Of a stretch of DNA of 64,000 nucleotides, positions 63,170 through 64,000 are shown piece after piece. Where the stretch lies: assembly GCA_963724185.1 (NCBI GenBank), contig CAVRTN010000003.1, positions 261,085 to 325,084 on the forward strand, read 5' to 3'. Every line of letters starts with the position of its first letter. Positions within the stretch are counted from its first letter, which is position 1. Position numbers and translations under genes: made by a program. Under the pieces are notes generated by a model. The model saw only the letters and a program-made list of their open reading frames with translations. It searched no databases and was not told the DNA's origin. The stretch is from Pyrinomonadaceae bacterium. GTDB lineage: Bacteria > Acidobacteriota > Blastocatellia > Pyrinomonadales > Pyrinomonadaceae.

Positions 63170-64000
63170 AGAGCTCAGGGAAGTATCGACCGAAACCGCC
63201 GCCATCTGATCCAGTCGCCACGTTGCCGTTTCCTTTTAACCAACACACCTTCTGCCGTTACGAGCCGATCGAGCAACGCGTTGAGAAAGCGCGAGTACTG
63301 GTCGTTGATAGCTTGTTGCGCGATGAAGATGATCTCTCAGATGTCGCCCGCACGCGAGTGGGGCAGCACCATGGCGATCGAGATCAAGCGCGAGCGGAAG
63401 ATTGCCGGAATGGCGATCGAAAATATCCTCAGCAACATTGAACGGTTGGTCAAGGATCCCACCACGGAAGTAACCCATCTGGCTTTGATAGCGGAGGCTG
63501 CGGCGAAGTTTAACCCGGATGCGATCGTGATCAGCGGAACGCTGCGCGACTTCGACTACTACAACCCTAAAGTGATCGAGACCTTCGGCGAATTTATTCG
63601 CGCGACGAAGATTCCAGTCCTGGCGATCTGTGGCGGGCATCAATTGGTCGGGATGAGTTTCGGCGCTCGTGTAATTACGCTCGACCGGCTCGAGCAACAC
63701 GAGCAACGGCTGAATCGGCCTCTCGAATACCAGTATCGCTTCATCCGTATAACGGATTCAAAGGATGCCATCTTCAAGGGCATGGCTAATCCCAGCTCAG
63801 GTCTTTGGCAGGATTACACTACCGAAGCGCGCGTGCTGCGCGTCTGGCAGAATCACGGCCTCCAACTCGATCGGCTGCCCGAAGGCTTCAGTCTCCTGGC
63901 GACTTCATACCTTTGCCGGAATCAGATGATGGTCAAACGCAACGAGGGCCAATTGATTTACGCGGTGCAGTTTCACCTCGAAAAGTCGTTTGAAGACTGG
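63163..64000 (+). pseudogene. class I glutamine amidotransferase-like protein, 5' frameshifts, 3' end outside the window
   Basis: The downstream frame reads …AIVISGTLRDFDYYNPK…IPVLAICGGHQLVG (nucleophile elbow) …YAVQFHLEKS (His-Glu). The N-terminal ~90 codons are spread over three frames. Confidence 0.7.

Overview
This is a 64-kb chromosomal window from a moderately GC-rich bacterium. The domain repertoire (a TIGR03437/Solibacter-type Ig module, giant secreted repeat proteins) and the style of the intergenic palindromes suggest Acidobacteriota, but that is inference only.

Gene content, left to right:
- A minus-strand lipid-synthesis operon, yceD-rpmF-plsX-fabH-fabD-acpP, with no fabG.
- A zinc-ribbon/TPR gene.
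- 3-hydroxybutyryl-CoA dehydrogenase plus thiolase.
- A sugar-nucleotide pair (NTP-transferase and phosphomannomutase).
- A DUF3309 micro-ORF.
- mutM.
- A peptide-scavenging pair (DPP-IV and a POT transporter).
- A YitJ-like homocysteine methyltransferase/MTHFR fusion, preceded by an orphan promoter-to-terminator unit.
- An AT-rich orphan membrane protein.
- A block of secreted proteins: a beta-helix/cadherin-like adhesin, an alpha/beta hydrolase, a ~9.2-kb PD40-LTD-Calx-beta giant gene, a GH47 mannosidase and a phosphoesterase.
- recQ.
- A lower-GC four-gene island: a Crp/Fnr regulator, a 3-TM micro-protein, a Cys-rich secreted protein and a secreted helical protein.
- thiS-thiG.
- A 13-gene nuo operon (nuoA-H and J-N; nuoI is absent).

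I recognised no rRNA, tRNA, CRISPR array, transposase or integrase.

Two window-wide properties dominate:
1. More than 35 single-base-type frame breaks interrupt otherwise well conserved genes, including essential ones. The sequence is probably rich in indel errors; a decaying genome is less likely.
2. Almost every intergenic gap carries one of at least five families of REP-like palindromes.

Frameshifted genes are reported as whole spans (type pseudogene = disrupted as sequenced), with the ORF-track fragments listed in the evidence.
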